A stretch of DNA of 64,000 nt, from assembly GCA_024137785.1 (NCBI GenBank), contig JAHRHZ010000088.1:16340049-16404048 (forward strand). Direction: 5' to 3'. This document shows positions 63,866-64,000 of this stretch, piece after piece. How positions within the stretch are numbered: the stretch's first letter is position 1; every line of letters begins with the position of its first letter. A model generated the notes under the pieces. It was not told where the DNA came from, did no database searches, and worked only from the letters and a program-made list of their open reading frames with translations. This stretch comes from Ginglymostoma cirratum (lineage: Eukaryota). The position numbers were made by a program, and so were the translations under genes.

Positions 63866-64000
63866 CTGCTATAATTTGGATTAAAAAGGATTAAATTGTT
63901 CAATGTCAACAGTGCAGAAAAGACTGCGAGAAAATCAGCACATAGTTTTACACAATTTCTTTTGCAAAACTCTTTTACTGAAGCTAAGTTTGAAGTTTTA

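Noticed and set aside
1-64000. Prokaryotic-type systems (operons, CRISPR, retrons, DGRs) suggested by the many RT fragments
   Set aside because: The DNA is vertebrate and spliced; all RT pieces are CR1/L2/PLE remnants and no regularly spaced repeat array exists

Overview
This is eukaryotic, intron-rich, repeat-dense DNA from a cartilaginous fish (shark). The assignment rests on HE1-type V-SINEs, CR1/HER1-type LINEs, a Deu-domain SINE and Penelope-like elements (PLEs). One complete gene is recognisable: COMMD7 on the + strand, with 9 coding exons from 38323 to 62887 (603 nt, 200 aa, all introns GT-AG). It starts in a CpG-rich island (~37.5-38.45 kb) that also appears to drive a divergent minus-strand gene (strong donor at 37876, candidate exon 33624-33750). 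Vertebrate synteny suggests that gene is DNMT3B, but no DNMT3B coding sequence is recognisable here. Most listed ORFs are spurious or are decayed retroelement fragments. The most notable non-genic signal is a set of PLE-derived minimal hammerhead-ribozyme motifs (CTGANGA-stem-GAAAC-NTC). Several sit in 80-200 bp insertions with their own 10-18 bp target-site duplications (TSDs), and several form palindromes. Other signals are a 157-bp near-perfect hairpin in COMMD7 intron 2, a tRNA-SINE head fused to a LINE endonuclease start, a 60-bp inverted duplication around an inverted CR1 segment, a DR4+ETS motif cluster, and a stop-free in-frame 87-nt intron. Repeat family names come from recalled motifs, not database searches, and repeat boundaries are approximate.
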